Below are positions 33,986 to 48,189 of a DNA stretch of 64,000 nucleotides, in pieces (within the stretch, counting starts at the first letter, position 1; every line of letters starts with the position of its first letter). Position numbers and translations under genes: made by a program. The DNA comes from Octopus sinensis (taxonomy: Eukaryota), in contig NW_021833425.1 of the NCBI RefSeq assembly GCF_006345805.1, forward strand, positions 12,719 to 76,718. Direction: 5' to 3'. A model generated the notes under the pieces. It saw nothing but the letters and a program-made list of their open reading frames with translations. It searched no databases and had not been told where the DNA came from.

Positions 33986-34789
33986 TATATATATGACAGG
34001 CTTCTTTCAGTTTCCATCAACCAAATCCACTCATAAGGCTTTGGTTGGCCTGAGACTATAGTAGAAGATACTTGCCCAAGGTGCCATGCACTGGGACTGA
34101 ACTTGAAACCATGTATTTAGGAAGCAAACTTCTTACCACAAAGCCACGCCTGCACCTAAAGATTATGGTTATGATTCATAGACTGGCCAGTATGTTGTAC
34201 TCTTGAGCAAAACACTTCATTCCATATTGCTCCAGTCCACTCAGCTGGTAAAAATGAGTAATCCTGTGATAGACTGGCATCCTGTCCAGGTGGTGAATCG
34301 ATCAACATGAATGGCAATTGTAGCTGTGATACCAGTGCCGGTGGTACATAAGAGAACCATCCGAACGTGGCTGTTGCCAGCGCCGCCCCGACTGGCTTCC
34401 ATGCCGGTGGCACGTAAAAAGCACCATCCAATCGTGGCCGTTTGCCAGTCTCGTCTGGCACGTAAAAAGCACCCACTACACTCATGGAGTGGTTGGCGTT
34501 AGGAAGGGCATCCAGCCGTAGAAACATTGCCAGACCAGACTGGGCCTGGTGCAGCCTTCTGGCTTCCCAAACTCCAGTTGCACCGTCCAACCCATGCCAG
34601 CATGGAAAACGGACGCTAAACGATGATGATGATGATGATGATTGTCTTACCTCCCCCACCTCTCAACACCATCACACCACACCACACACCATGCACACAT
34701 CAAGATCACCAGCCCTCTTCCACATGCACATACAAACTCTCTTATACACACTCACGCACACCTTCGTTTAGGGATCACCACTACTTGTT

Positions 34790-36720
34790 CAAGCATCCTT
34801 CCTCTTTCGTCCTGTTCCAGATGCAAAATTATCACTTACTGTTGATGTGTCACAATCTACTATAGGGGTAGTTTTAGAGCAATCCATCAACAGCCAAAGC
34901 CAGCCATTAACTTTTTTCTCATGCCAGTAAGAAAATGCCGAAATGAGATATAGTGTATTTGGTAAAGAACTCTTTGCAATTTACCTGGTGGTGAAGCATT
35001 TCTCTTATCTTCTTGAAGGTAGAGATTTCACGATTTTCACCAACCACAAACTACTGACATTTGCTCTCTTGGCAAAAACAGATCAGTACTCAGCCAGAGA
35101 AACGAGACAATTGGATTATATATCACAGTTCACTAGTGACATTCGCCACATTGCTGGCACTAACAACATCCCTGCTGATGCCTTATCTCACCTGCCTATC
35201 AGTGCATTGTTGTCCCCTGCTTCAAATGACTTGGTTGCTATGGCTACTGATCAACTCTTCTTGGACTCTCTTCACCACAGTTTTCCTGCTGCAAGTTTGA
35301 ACACCTGCCCCTGCCTTTTTCTGAAGGAACCATTCTCTGCACTGTTTCTACCACATCATGACCCCTTGATCCTGTATGCCACCATCATGCTGTTTTTGAA
35401 ACACTGCATTCACTATCGCACCCCTGCATTGCAGCCACAGTAAAACTTATCTCGGCCCACTTTTTCTGGTTGAATATGCAACGGTCTATTACTGCTTGGT
35501 CATGTGCCTGCCCACCATGTCAGTGTTCCAAAGTGCATCATCATGTGAGAGCACCTCTTGGACATTGCCAGCTGCTGGACACCAGGTTCCATTACCTACA
35601 CATTGACCTTGTTGGTCCTTGGCTGGTCAGTTGTGGATTTACTTATATACTGACCTGCATCGACCGTTTCTCCAGATGGCCTGAAGCTATGTTGTTGTTG
35701 TTTGTTCCTTCTCGAGCCATGCCTGGCTCATAAGGGCCGGTTTGCCGGTTTCTTGGCATATAAGTTCCCTACCTGGATGGGATGCCGGTCCATCGCAATT
35801 GAGCTACAAGATGCAGGAGGAAAGAATGAGAGAAAGTTGTGGTGAAAGAGTCAGCAGAAGTTTCGCCATTACCTTCTGCCAGAGCCGCGTGGAGCTTAGG
35901 TGTTTCGCTCATAAACACACACATCGCCCGGTCTGAGATTCAAACCCACGATCCCTCGGCCGTGAGTCCGCTGCTCTAACCACTTGGCCATATGCCTCCA
36001 CAGCCTGAAGCCATCCCTCTCGTGGACATTTCCACGGAAACTGTCGCTAGAGTTCTCATTTCTGGGTTGATATCTTGCTTTGGAGTACCCTCAAGAATTA
36101 CTACTGATTGTGGATGTCAATTTGAAGCTTGTCTGTTCCATGAGCTTTCAAGATTGCTCAGAGTTCAGCCCATCCTCACCATAAGTTACCATCCTACCAT
36201 GAATGGAATGGTTGAAAGATTCCAACAACAGCTCAAAGCCACTATTCACGTGGCTCCTGACCCTCATTGTTGGTCCGAGTTTCTCCCCATTGTTCTGCTA
36301 GGATGCCACTCAGCTGTCAAGGAGGACTTAGGCTACTCCTCCACTGAGCTCCTGTATGGCACCACCCTAGTACTTCCTGGACAAATGCTGGTGCCCATCG
36401 ACTTACAGAATGCAGACCCCACATCTTACATCACATGACACGGGTCATTCTTTGCTGGCCTACCACCGATTCTTCTTCATGACCAGCCTATTTCTTCTGC
36501 AGTACCTCTGGATATTTCTAGTTGGACCTACGTGTTTGTAAGAAATGTTGCTGTCAAGGAACTGCTCACACCTCCCTATAACTGGACCCTATCGTGTTAT
36601 TAAAAGACACCGAAACCCTTCATTGTGGACATTCACAGAAAAAAAGAGACTGTCTTCTATCACCACCTTCTTCGCATAGTTCAGCTTCCTGGCATCAGAC
36701 TTCTGGAACCAGTCTTCACC
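34790..36720 (+). pseudogene. Degenerate Gypsy RNase H-integrase relic (CsRn1-like)
   Basis: RYSVFGKELFAIY, FTNHKLL, ADALS, LHIDLVGP, IDRFSRWPEA, ITTDCGCQFE and NGMVERF motifs, with stops and frameshifts. Confidence 0.85.
35691..36002 (-). mobile_element. tRNA-Arg-like SINE inserted in the integrase relic
   Basis: 12-bp TSD GCCTGAAGC(T/C)AT at 35679-35690 and 36003-36014; removal restores RWPEAIPL. Confidence 0.9.
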
Positions 36721-37317
36721 ACTTCTTCCCAAACCTCCCTTAGCCTTCCACATCCACAGTGTCCTTCTTCCACATGCATATATATCCTGCCACTTCTTTA
36801 CATATCTGCTGTCTTTCTTGCACATTACATGTCTTTAAACAGAACAGTTTTCTCTGTAGATCACTGCATGTGATTCCTCTTCTGCTCACTTATTTTCCTC
36901 AGCTCATCACTGCTTCGTCATTTATCCACACTGATACTATACACCTACCATAAGGTTGTAAGCTGGCAGAATTGTTAGCACACCAGGTAAAATGCTTAGC
37001 GGCATTTTGTCCATTTTTTCCGTTCTGAGTTCAAAGTCTGCTGAGGTTGACTTTGCAGTTCATTCTTTCAGGTTTGATAGAATAAGTACCAGTTGAACGC
37101 TGGGGTCAATTACATCGATTTACTCACTACCCCAAAATTTCTCATTTCTTTACTGCCCACAAGGGGCTACATACAGAGGGGACAAACAAGGACAGACAAA
37201 CGGATTAAGTCAATTATATCGACCCCAGTGCGTAACTGGTACTTATTTAATTGACCCCAAAAGGATGAAAGGCTAAGTCAACCTCAGCGGAATTTGAACT
37301 CAGAACGTAGCGACAAC

Positions 37318-37705
37318 GGTGGTGGTGGTGGTTATGATTATAATGATGGTGGTACTGGTGGTGTTGGTGGTGGCAGTGGTGGTGGTGGTAATTGTGTTGG
37401 TTGTGGTTATTATGATGGTGGCGGTATTGGTGGTGATCGTGTTGGTTGAGGTTATGATGATGATGTTGATGATGGTGGTGGTGGTGGTGGTTATGATTAT
37501 GATGACGGTGGTACTGGTGGTGTTGGTGGTTATGATGACGAAGGTGGTGGTGGTGGTAATTGTGTTGGTGAAGGTTATGATGATGGTCGTGGTGGTGATA
37601 ACAACAATGATGATGATGACAGTGGTGGTGTTATTGTTGACGGTGATGGAGACGACGACAACGACAACGTCAACAAAGATGATGGTGATGATGATGATGA
37701 TATCT
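37318..37705. repeat. (GGT/GAT)n compound microsatellite
   Basis: Directly visible. Confidence 0.95.
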
Positions 37706-37969
37706 AACACAATAAAACTGTCTTCAGGGATATCCAGATGACATTTGCTATCTTTCACATCAAGACCACAGAGTTTCTTAAATGGCAACACGGTATATTT
37801 CACAAATACATCATCCTCCATTTAGCTACAGACGTTTTTGTAACATAGTGTACATGGACAAGTAGGTGTCTGCTATAGAGGGAAACATATATATATATAT
37901 ATTCTAATAATATATGACCAGTGGGGGAGCTAGAGCTATTTCTAATGGGATCTTTATCATCGATATATA

Positions 37970-38027
37970 TGTCATCATCATCATCATCATCATCTTCATC
38001 ATCATCATCATCATCATCATCTTCTTC

Positions 38028-38060
<33 letters not shown>

Positions 38061-38250
38061 TTCATCATCATCATCATCATCTTCATCATCATCATCATCA
38101 TCATCTTCTTCATCATCAACATCATCGTCTTCATCTTCTTCATCATAATCATCATGATCTTCTTCATCATCATGATCTTCTTCATCATCATCATCATCAT
38201 CATCATCATCGTCATCATCTTCATCATCATCATCATCAACATCATCATAA
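37970..38250. repeat. (CAT/CTT)n microsatellite
   Basis: Directly visible; a similar tract lies at 39157-39305. Confidence 0.95.
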
Positions 38251-39155
38251 TAATAATAATAATAATAATTGTGTACAGTGCTCAGGTGCACTACAACTCA
38301 TCTAAAGTGTATATATAATCAGGTGTAGTTTCGGCGGATTTCGGAAAGCATGAGGGCCTTAAAAGATGCAGTGTCATGGCAGTCAACAACTGACGCAGGC
38401 AGTTTATTCCATGCTTCAGCAACTCTGGGCGTGAAAAAATGTTTCCGAAAGTCATGGGAGCTGTATTGTTTTCTGACTTTGTAGGCATGTCCACGTGTGT
38501 TAGACACATGGAGATCAAAAAGGTGTTCAGTGTTGTTGTTGGTGAGGTGGTTGATAACTTTGTGGGTGTTTACCAAGTCCGTCGCCAAACGCCGGAGCTT
38601 CAGTGAATCCATACCCAGGGAAACAAGGCGCTCAGAATATGGTAGGTGTCTGATGGAGGGTATGCGTTTGGTTGCACGTCTCTGGACAGATTCCAGGAGG
38701 TCAATGTTCTGTGCAAGATAGGGGTTCCAAACTGATGATGCGAATTCCAAGTGTGGTCGTACCATAGCTGTATACAGTTTTAAATAGATGGCTGGAGAGC
38801 GGCTAACAAAAGACCTGCTGAGTGATGCCAAGACACCCTCGGCCTTCCTGACAATCTTAGAGATATGCTTTGACCAACGCAAATCACTGCTGACAGTGAT
38901 GCCTAGGTCACGCTCGCAAGAGGATTTCTTGATATCAGTGTTGTGGAGGGAGTATGTGAACGCAGGGTTTTTTCTCCCAAAATGCATGGTGGTACACTTG
39001 TCCACAGCCAGTTTCAGTTGCCAGTCTGTGATCCATTGCTGCATTGTGTCTAGGTCTGATTGCAGGAAAGAGTTGTAGACATCAGGATCTGTCCTCTTGA
39101 TTTCAAGGTACAGCGTGATGTCGTCTGCATATTTCAATACTGTGGCATTCTTTAA
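38250..39155 (-). mobile_element. 5'-truncated CR1 LINE; RT from YADD to the stop codon is open
   Basis: KYADD, ERDLGI, VRPHLEFASSVW, ESVQRRATK and WNKLP motifs; stop at 38319; (ATT)n tail. Confidence 0.93.
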
Positions 39156-39490
39156 ATCATCATCATCATCATCAACATCATCATCATCATCAACATCATC
39201 ATCATCATCATCATCATCTTCATCATCATCATCATCTTCATCATCATCTTTATCATCATCTTCATCATCATCTTCATCATCATCTTCATCATCATCTTCA
39301 TCATCAACAACAACAACAACACCGCTAAACACTGCCAGCACTACAGCCACCACCGCTACAACCACCAACACCGCCGCCGCCGTAGATAGTATACGTTTTA
39401 GATGCACGACTGTTATCAACAGAATAATGTTATTGTTGTGGCGAGAGTCATTGATACCCCTGGGGATTGGAAGAATGGACTAGCCGAACG

Positions 39491-39695
39491 GACTAGTTTC
39501 AGGGTGATAAGGGGCAAATACCCTGAAACTAGTCTGCAGATGCCTGACCAGCAAGGGGAAGCAGTTGACCTCCCCTGTTTGAAGGTTATAATGGACACAG
39601 ATTCGTGTGTCGCATAGTAGCGATGGCCTCTTGGAGCTAATCAGCGGTAGCTTTCGTCCTATATTTCTGGACTGCCATATTAGCTTGGCGATAAC
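39491..39695 (+). mobile_element. Family 1 HHR repeat, truncated copy D with a 14-nt 5' fold-back
   Basis: UGAUAA GGGG CAAAUA CCCU GAAA CUAG UC^UGCAGA at 39505-39540; 39491-39504 is the reverse complement of 39521-39534. Confidence 0.8.
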
Positions 39696-41399
39696 TCTCT
39701 CTCTCTTTTACTTGTTTCAGTCATTTGACTGTGGCCATGCTGGAGCACCACCTCTTTAGTCGAGCAAATCGACCCCAGGACTTATTCTTTGTAAGCCTAA
39801 TACTTATTCTATCGGTCTTTTTTGCCGAACCGCTAAGTTACGGGGACATAAACACACCAGCATCGGTTGTCAAACGATGTTGGGGGGACAAACACAGACA
39901 CACAAACACATACACATACATATATATACATATATACGACAGGCTTCTTTCAGTTTCCGTCTACCAAATCCACTCACAAGGCTTTGGTTGGCCCGAGGCT
40001 ATAGTAGAAGACACTTGCCCAAGGTGCCATGCATTGGGACTGAACCCGGAACCATGTGGTTGGTAAGCAAGCTACTTACCACACAGCCACTCCTACGCCT
40101 ATTAATATTGTTTATTAAACATAACTAATCCAAGAACTTTTTGATACCACCTCATACAATAGTATTTTCTTTTATCTTCTGTTACCCATTTTAATCATTG
40201 GACTGCAGCCAGACTGAGGCACAGCCTCAAAGGGTTTTAGTCAAGTAAATCTGCCCCAGTTGTTTATTTTCTTTTATAAGGTGGGAACTTATTCTCCAGG
40301 TCTTTTTTGCCAAGGTACTATGTTACAGCATTTGAGGCAAACCAAAGCCAGTTTATCAAATATTGGTGGTTGTGGGGTTACTCTTTTACTCTTTTACTTG
40401 TTTCAGTCATTTCACTGCGGCCATGCTGGAGCACCACCTTCAGTCGAGCAAATCGACCCCAGGACTTATTCTTTGTAAGCCTAGTACTTATTCTATCGGT
40501 GTCTTTTGCCGAACCGCTAAGTTACGTGGACATAAACACACCAGCATCAGTTGTCAAGCGATGTTGGGGAGACAAACACTGACACACAAACATTTATACA
40601 CAAACACACACATATATATATATATACGACGGTCTTCTTTCAGTTTCCGTCAACAAAATCCACTCACAAGGCTTTGGTCGGCCCGAAGCTATAGTAGAAG
40701 ACACTTGCCCAAGGTGCCACGCAGTGGAACTCAACCCGGAACCATGTGGTTCATAAACAAGCTGCTTACCACACAGCCACTCCTATATGGCTGAGGAACA
40801 ATTACAGATGCAAAGACACACCTACATAGCTATACACACACTGGGCTTCAATACAGTTTCCATCTACCAAATTCACTCACAAAACTTTGGTCTGATCAGG
40901 GATAATAGTAGAAGGTGCTCTCCCAAGCTGCTGTATAGTGGCACAAAACCAGGATCTACATGATTGCAATGTTAGTATCTTTACCATAAAGCCATGTCTG
41001 TATCTGGTACTTTTTCTTTTATCAACCCAGAATGGTAAAAGTCGAAGCTGACCTCAGTGAGGTTTGAACACAAAGAACAGTGAATTGGAAGAAATGTCAC
41101 AAGTTGTTCTATCCAACACTCTACTGACTCTACTTATCCATTGCCTTGTTATTTGATATATTGGCATGTAAAAGCACCAATCCAATCGTGGTCGTTGCCA
41201 GCCTCGCCTGGCACATAAAAAGCATCCACTACACTCACGGAGTGGTTGGCGTTAGGAAGGGCATCCAGCTGTAGAAACACTGCCAGATCAGACTGGAGCC
41301 TGGTGCAGCCTTCTGGCTTCCCAGATCCTGGTCGAACTGTCCAACCCATGCTAGCATGGAGAACGGACGTTAAACGATGATGATGATGTTGATGATGAA

Positions 41400-41667
41400 G
41401 GAATATCAACGATGCCTATAATATAGATGACCAGTGTCATAGATAGATAGCTAGACAGACAAGTAAAAATATAAATAGAGGGAAAGATAGATAGATAAAT
41501 AGACAGACAGACAGACGTACGGACGGATGGATTCATACAGAGAGTGAGTGAGAGAGAAAGAAAGAAAGAAAGAAAGAGACAAATATATATCAACTATTAC
41601 TACAATGTAGATGACAAATGTCATAGAAAGACAAATAGATGAATGGATGGATGGGATAAATGGATGG

Positions 41668-41699
<32 letters not shown>

Positions 41700-42107
41700 G
41701 GATGGATGAATGAATAGATGGACAGACAGAGATAGATAAATGGACAAAGGGAAAGATAGATAGACAGATAGATAGACTGATTGATAGACAGATGGACGGA
41801 CGGACGAATGGACAGAGAGATGGACAAATGGATAGATGGATTTGTAGACAAAAATAGACAGACAGTTAGTTAGATAGATAGATAGATAGATAAATAGATA
41901 AATAGATAGATAGATAGATGGATGGGTGGACAGACAGACGGATTGACAGACAGATGGACGACAGACAGAGGGACAGACGAATGGATGGATGGATGGATGG
42001 ATGGATAGACAAAAATAGCTACAGAGATTGATTGATTGATAGACACAGACGGACAGACAGGCGAACAGATGGATGGATGGATTGATTGATAGACAAAAAT
42101 AGATAGG

Positions 42108-42140
<33 letters not shown>

Positions 42141-42445
42141 GGATGGATGGATGGATGGATGGATGGATGGATGGATGGATGGATGGACGGACGGACGGAC
42201 GGACGGACGGACGGACGGACGGACGGACGGACGGACGGACGGACGGACGGACGGACGGAGATAGATAAATGGACGGATGGACAAAGGGAAAGATAGATAG
42301 ACAGATAGATAGACTGATTGATAGACAGATGAACGGACGGACGAATGGACAGAGGGATGGACAAATGGATAGATGGATTTGTAGACAAAAATAGACAGAC
42401 AGTTAGTTAGATAGATAGATAAATAGATAGATAGATAGATAGATT
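41400..42445. repeat. (GATA)/(GGAT)/(GGAC)n tetranucleotide block with an internal ~160-bp duplication
   Basis: Directly visible; about 41733-41885 recurs at about 42263-42420. Confidence 0.9.
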
Positions 42446-44839
42446 GTCATGGTAGGACTATCAGCCAATGTGCTTAGAACCTTTCTTTACACAGCATGAA
42501 ACTCTGGCTCCTCATAGAAGTCTGACTTTCAATCTCACTCCTCAATATAACAGTCTTTATCTACATTTACAGTCTAAACCTGGAAAAGTGTTACTTAGGC
42601 ATTTAATCATCATAATAGATATTAAGCCACAAAGATCAATCATGTTAAATTGATTGATACAATTGATCTGGTGACACTAAAACGTCTTGGCTGAAACATA
42701 TAAGCTAGACGTATGGTAACCAGATCTCGTGGGAGGAGAAGGCATTGGAGATAACCCGTTGTCAAGTGATCTGAATTTTGTGAAGAATTGTATAGAATTT
42801 AGTCAAACTATTAAAAAGTAGGACAGTATTTCTGGTCAGATGACTCAAGCAGACTAATGTTGTGTGTTTGTGTGTGTGTATGTGTATGTGTTTGTGTGTG
42901 TGTATGTGTGTTTGTGTATGTGTGTGTGTGTTTGTGTGTGCGTGTGTTTGTGTGTTTGTGCGTATGTGTGTTTGTGTGTATGCGTGTGTGTGTGAATACA
43001 TACATCTATACATATTACTCTCAGTATTCAATATTATAGATCCATTTCAGGCGGCAGGCTGGCAAAGTCTCTGCCATGCTGCACAAAATGCTCAGCATCA
43101 TTTCTTCCAACTTTGCATTCTGAGTTCAAATGTTGTCAGGGTTGACTTTGCCTTTCATCCTTTTGGAGTTGATAAAATAAGTACCAGTTGTGTACTGGGG
43201 TTCAAGTAATCGACTTATCCCCATCCCTGAATTTGCTGGTCTTGTACCAAAATTTGAAATCATTATCATTATAATTATTATTGCGGGAGAGAACATCATC
43301 ATCATCATCAACATCATTTAACATCCATTGTCCATGCTGGCATGGACTGGGCAGTTTGACTAGGGCTGGCCAACTGGAAGGCTGCACCAGACTCCAGTCT
43401 GATTTGGCATGGTTTCTATGGCTGGATGCCCTTCCTAATGCCAACCACTCTGAGAGTGTAATTTTACATTCCACCAAAATGGGTACTTTTATGTGCCACC
43501 AAAATGGGTACCATTTGTATGACACCAGCATCTGCCACAAATGTGATTTTGCACTCTTTCAAACACACCAGCCCTAACTTTCTCATAAGATAAAGCTGGA
43601 AACTTTCTGCTTAAGTATTTGAAACAGTCACTGTCTCAGTATTTCAACACATGTTTTACACACTATAATGGTGTGTCCAGGCTTTGCCTTGATCACCCAG
43701 TTTCATATTAAAGTAAGTAAGGTAAGCTTTCTTCTCAAAATCTGAGATTTTGTTTCATTGCCTAGGTAAAAGACAGAAGGGGTTGTTTTCACATTTTTGT
43801 CTCTCACATCTGGCCATATGTTTGAAATACAAAACATGTATTCAAGCCAGTTGTCACCTGGGAAAAGCATGTTCAGAATTGTCAGCAGGAGTGGCTGCGT
43901 GGTAAGTAGCTTGCTTACCAACCACATGGTTCCGGGTTCAGTCCCACTGCATGGTACCTTGGGCAAGTGTCTACTACTATAGCCTCGGGCCAACCAATGC
44001 CTTGTGAGCGGATTTGGTAGACGGAAACTGAAAGTAGCCCGTCGTATATATATATATATGTATGTATGTGTGTGTGTGTGTGTTTATATTTGTGTTTGTC
44101 CCCCCAACATCGCTTGACAACCGATGCCGGTGTGTTTACGTCCCCGTAACTTAACGGCTCGGCCAAAGAGACCGATAGAATAAGTACTGGGCTTACGAAG
44201 AATAAGTCTTGGGGGCGATTTGCTCGACTAAAGGCGGTGCTCCAGCATGGCCACAGTCAAATGACTGAAACAAGCAAAAGAATAAAAGAGAGTTAGAAGA
44301 GCTTAGTTTAAGAAATTAACTCAAGTACTTTTTATTTTTTCATTTTAAAGTACGGAACTTAATTCTGTAGGTCTTCTGCTGAACCGCTAAATTACGGGAA
44401 AGAAAACGCACCAACACAAGTTGTCAAGCGGTGGTTCACACACACACACATTCGTACATGTATGCATACTCAGAGTATACGTGTGTGCGTATATACACAT
44501 ACGCGCACACACGTATGTGTGCGCGTGAGGGAGCTCTCATCATCCCTCAAAACGGACGTTAAAAGATGATTGTGATGAGAGCTCACGTACATACACATAC
44601 GTGTGTGTGTGTGTGTGTGTGTGTGCGAATGTGTGTATGTGTGTGTGTGTATGTGCGTGTACGGGCTAGTAAAAACATTAGTCGATACTTAGTTGTATAT
44701 TTATCATTTGTCTATATAAATATGTTTGCAGATAGATATATATGTATACAATACATTTTCGATGGAGCTTTGTTTCAAACTACCAGTTCTAAATTAAAAT
44801 TTTAAAAAATGAATAAATACATACACGAACGCACAATTA

Positions 44840-44966
44840 TACATACGTATGTATGTATGTATGTATGTATGTATGGATGGATGGATAGACAGACAGACAG
44901 ACAGACAGACAGATAGATAGATAGATAGATAGATAGACAGACAGATAGATAGACTGATAGATAGAC

Positions 44967-45005
<39 letters not shown>

Positions 45006-45032
45006 CAGATAGATAGTTAGATAGATAGATAC

Positions 45033-45073
<41 letters not shown>

Positions 45074-45093
45074 AGATAGATAGATAGACAGAC

Positions 45094-45148
<55 letters not shown>

Positions 45149-45165
45149 CAGACAGATAGATATAT

Positions 45166-45256
<91 letters not shown>

Positions 45257-45281
45257 TAGAAAGATAGATAGATAGACAGAC

Positions 45282-45324
<43 letters not shown>

Positions 45325-45340
45325 AAGATAGATAGATAGG
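44840..45340. repeat. (GATA)n/(GACA)n microsatellite
   Basis: Directly visible. Confidence 0.95.
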
Positions 45341-45359
45341 TAAGAGCACACGACACAAC

Positions 45360-46720
45360 ACTTGCGAGCTATAATTAGCTCCCAGTTGATGGGGGAGGAG
45401 AAGGAGGCAGGTATTACAAGGGAGGCGATCGACGGCAACATCGATTATCTCCCTTCCAGTTCTCTACCAGACATATGTTATGTATGGTGAAGCTGTCAGC
45501 TTGTGCGGGCGAACCCTCGACTCTACCTTCCGTCCGTTGCCCGTCACTCGTTTCATCGCATCTGTTTCGCTTACTGCTGGTCCTGCTGCAGTTGTTGGTC
45601 GGTTTGTCGGTTCACAGTTTCATATCTAACCTTCCTGCTCTCTCTCATTCTCCGTCACACATTATCACACACAAACACACGTACACAACCGCAGTTTCTC
45701 TCTCTATCTCTTCCTGTCTCTGTCTCTCTCTTTCACATACAGACACGCACGTAACTACACGTATATACACATTACATGTACACGAACATTGTGACAAACG
45801 TCTGGTACCATTCTCATACCAGACCGACCCCTAAATCTGTCGCGAACGACCAGAACAGTTTGACGAGACATAACACACATAAATTAAGTTGACATCCGTC
45901 TGTCTTGCCAACTGTAGAACTGTCTCTATCGCCGTACACCAACACCTCCATCCCCACCACATATATACATACACACATACATATATATATACATACATAC
46001 ATATGCCACCGCCACTATCGCAGACCACAGCATCATCATCATTACCGACGTCAACAACATCAGCATCAACAATATCAGCGTCATCGTCGTCGTCTTGGAG
46101 TTTGATATAACCCATCTGGTGGCTGAACAATATTTTTGCGAAACCAAAATTCCTCTCTGCTCAGGAACTGTCAGATTGGTTTCACTGATTGAAGTACAAC
46201 AACAACAACATCAACAACGCTGAACATCAGCAGCAGCATCATCGCTATCAGCATCAACACCACAAACAGAAGGAGCAATAAAATCGGAACGGATTTTTAC
46301 CCTGAGAGTTAAAGTACCTACTTTCTAAAAGTACCTTTGAGGTACTTTACCCGGATTACGTACCCGCCTGTCCACCAGATACTGGCATTTGTTTATACAG
46401 GTGTGGACATTGGACCGAACGAACTACAAACATCATCATCACCACAACCACCATCACCATCGTCAATAGCATCAACAGCAATAAGAAGACCAGAATGGAT
46501 TTTTACCCATAATCGCTGCTGTGACGAGATCGCTACCTGTCCTGTTTATCACCCTACCGACCCGCCCAGTTCTTGAGTCAACCTTTATTTAATTAAAACT
46601 AAAGTGTCTGTTGTAGTGATGCTGATGTGTTACCACAGCTGGTGATGGTTGGATTCGATACAAACTGGTGTTTGTAGTTAATGTAGCTTACCACAAGTAT
46701 CTTGGTGGTGGTTGTGGTCG
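45360..46720. promoter_or_regulatory. Transposon-free, CpG-retaining unique segment; possible promoter or 5' UTR of an unidentified gene
   Basis: Visibly higher CpG frequency than the flanks and no recognisable TE; no convincing ORF. Confidence 0.3.
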
Positions 46721-47939
46721 TCGTCGTCATATGCACACAGTCTCTCTCTATTGACACAAGGTATTGTACATCTTTCTTTTAAAATCGTTTCCAAATTTCA
46801 TTTGCCGCGTTCATTTCGTTTTCTCTTTCTTTCCTTCTCTCTCTCTCTTTGTCTCATCTCTCTTTTCTTCTTCCTCTCCTTCTCTAGCTGTCTGGTTCTC
46901 TGTCTGTCTCTTCCTCTCTCTCTCTCTCTCTCTGTCTGTCTCTTCCTCTCTCTCTCCCGCACCTAACTTTAACACTAACACAAGTAGAATATGCCCACAT
47001 ACACTAGTACACACACACACACACACACACACACAACTCATATAAGCTAGCATGTATAAAATACACATGCGTACAAACATACACTCTAGTATACGCAGGA
47101 TATATATATATACGCATATACATTCTTTCTTGCTCCATGTCTCTCTCTTTTCTCCACATATACTCATCTTTCTTCCGTAACACGCACACCATCTCCTCTA
47201 CACAACTTCTGTTTCATTCTCACGCAATATTTCTCTCTCCCTCACACACACATGCACGCACGCACATACACACACACACACACACACACGCACGCACGCA
47301 CGCACGCACACCATCTCTCTTCTTTACACATACATTATCTTTCTTTCTACTTCACCTATACGCGCACATACTCTCTCTCTTTCTCTTTCACGCCCACACA
47401 CAAGATCTCTACCACTTTCATACACCATGTCTCTTCCTCATTCACGCATCTTCAAATTCTCACTCTCACATACAAACTCTCTCTCTTTCAGACACACTCG
47501 CGCGCGCGATGTCTCTCTCCCATACACACACACACACGCACACACACATACATACACATACACAAACTTACTCTCTCTTTCTCCCACAAACATATACACT
47601 AACTCTCCCTTACGCCCACACACGCAAACGCTTTTTCTCCCCCATATCCCCAAGTACTGATTCTGATACTTAAGCAAAATCTCTCTCTCAAACACAATAT
47701 TTCTCTCTTTCACACACACACACTCTCTCTTTTCTTCTGTCACATATACAAATATGTACGCCAATAAACATAAACTGTTTAAATTTTTATTATTACTGTT
47801 GTTGTTGTTGTTATTTTCCTTCGTATTCCCTTATTTACCCTTTATGGGTGTTCTACCGGGCATTAACATTGATAAATTTCCGTATGGATAATCTTGAAAA
47901 AAAATTTTTTTAAAGTTATTTGTTATCGTAACTGCAGTA

Positions 47940-47973
<34 letters not shown>

Positions 47974-47978
47974 TATAT

Positions 47979-48029
<51 letters not shown>

Positions 48030-48148
48030 TACATATATATATATACACACACATACATATATATATATATACACACATACATATATATATATATATTATA
48101 TATATATATATATATTATATATACACACACATATATATATATATATAT

Positions 48149-48179
<31 letters not shown>

Positions 48180-48189
48180 CACACATACA

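Noticed and set aside
37720-37821. Non-repetitive ORF start MEDDVFVKYTVLPFKKLCGLDVKDSKCHLDIPED (minus)
   Set aside because: No recognisable domain, no convincing splice sites, and it runs into a microsatellite
39156-39419. Apparent poly-Asp N-terminal extension fused to the CR1 RT (366-aa ORF)
   Set aside because: The extension is a stop-free (GAT)n tract beside the 5' truncation point, and the ORF start is a non-ATG codon
42665-42700. CTGGTGA...TTGGCTGAAACATA, and a similar TTGGCTGAAACATA near 52219
   Set aside because: Resembles a decayed HHR, but stems I-III cannot be paired convincingly
44476-44520. Hairpin TACGTGTGTGCG / CGCACACACGTA
   Set aside because: Expected by chance from adjacent (TG)n and (CA)n runs
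46337-46576. 79-aa ORF in the CpG-rich segment
   Set aside because: Non-ATG start, low-complexity middle and no recognisable homology
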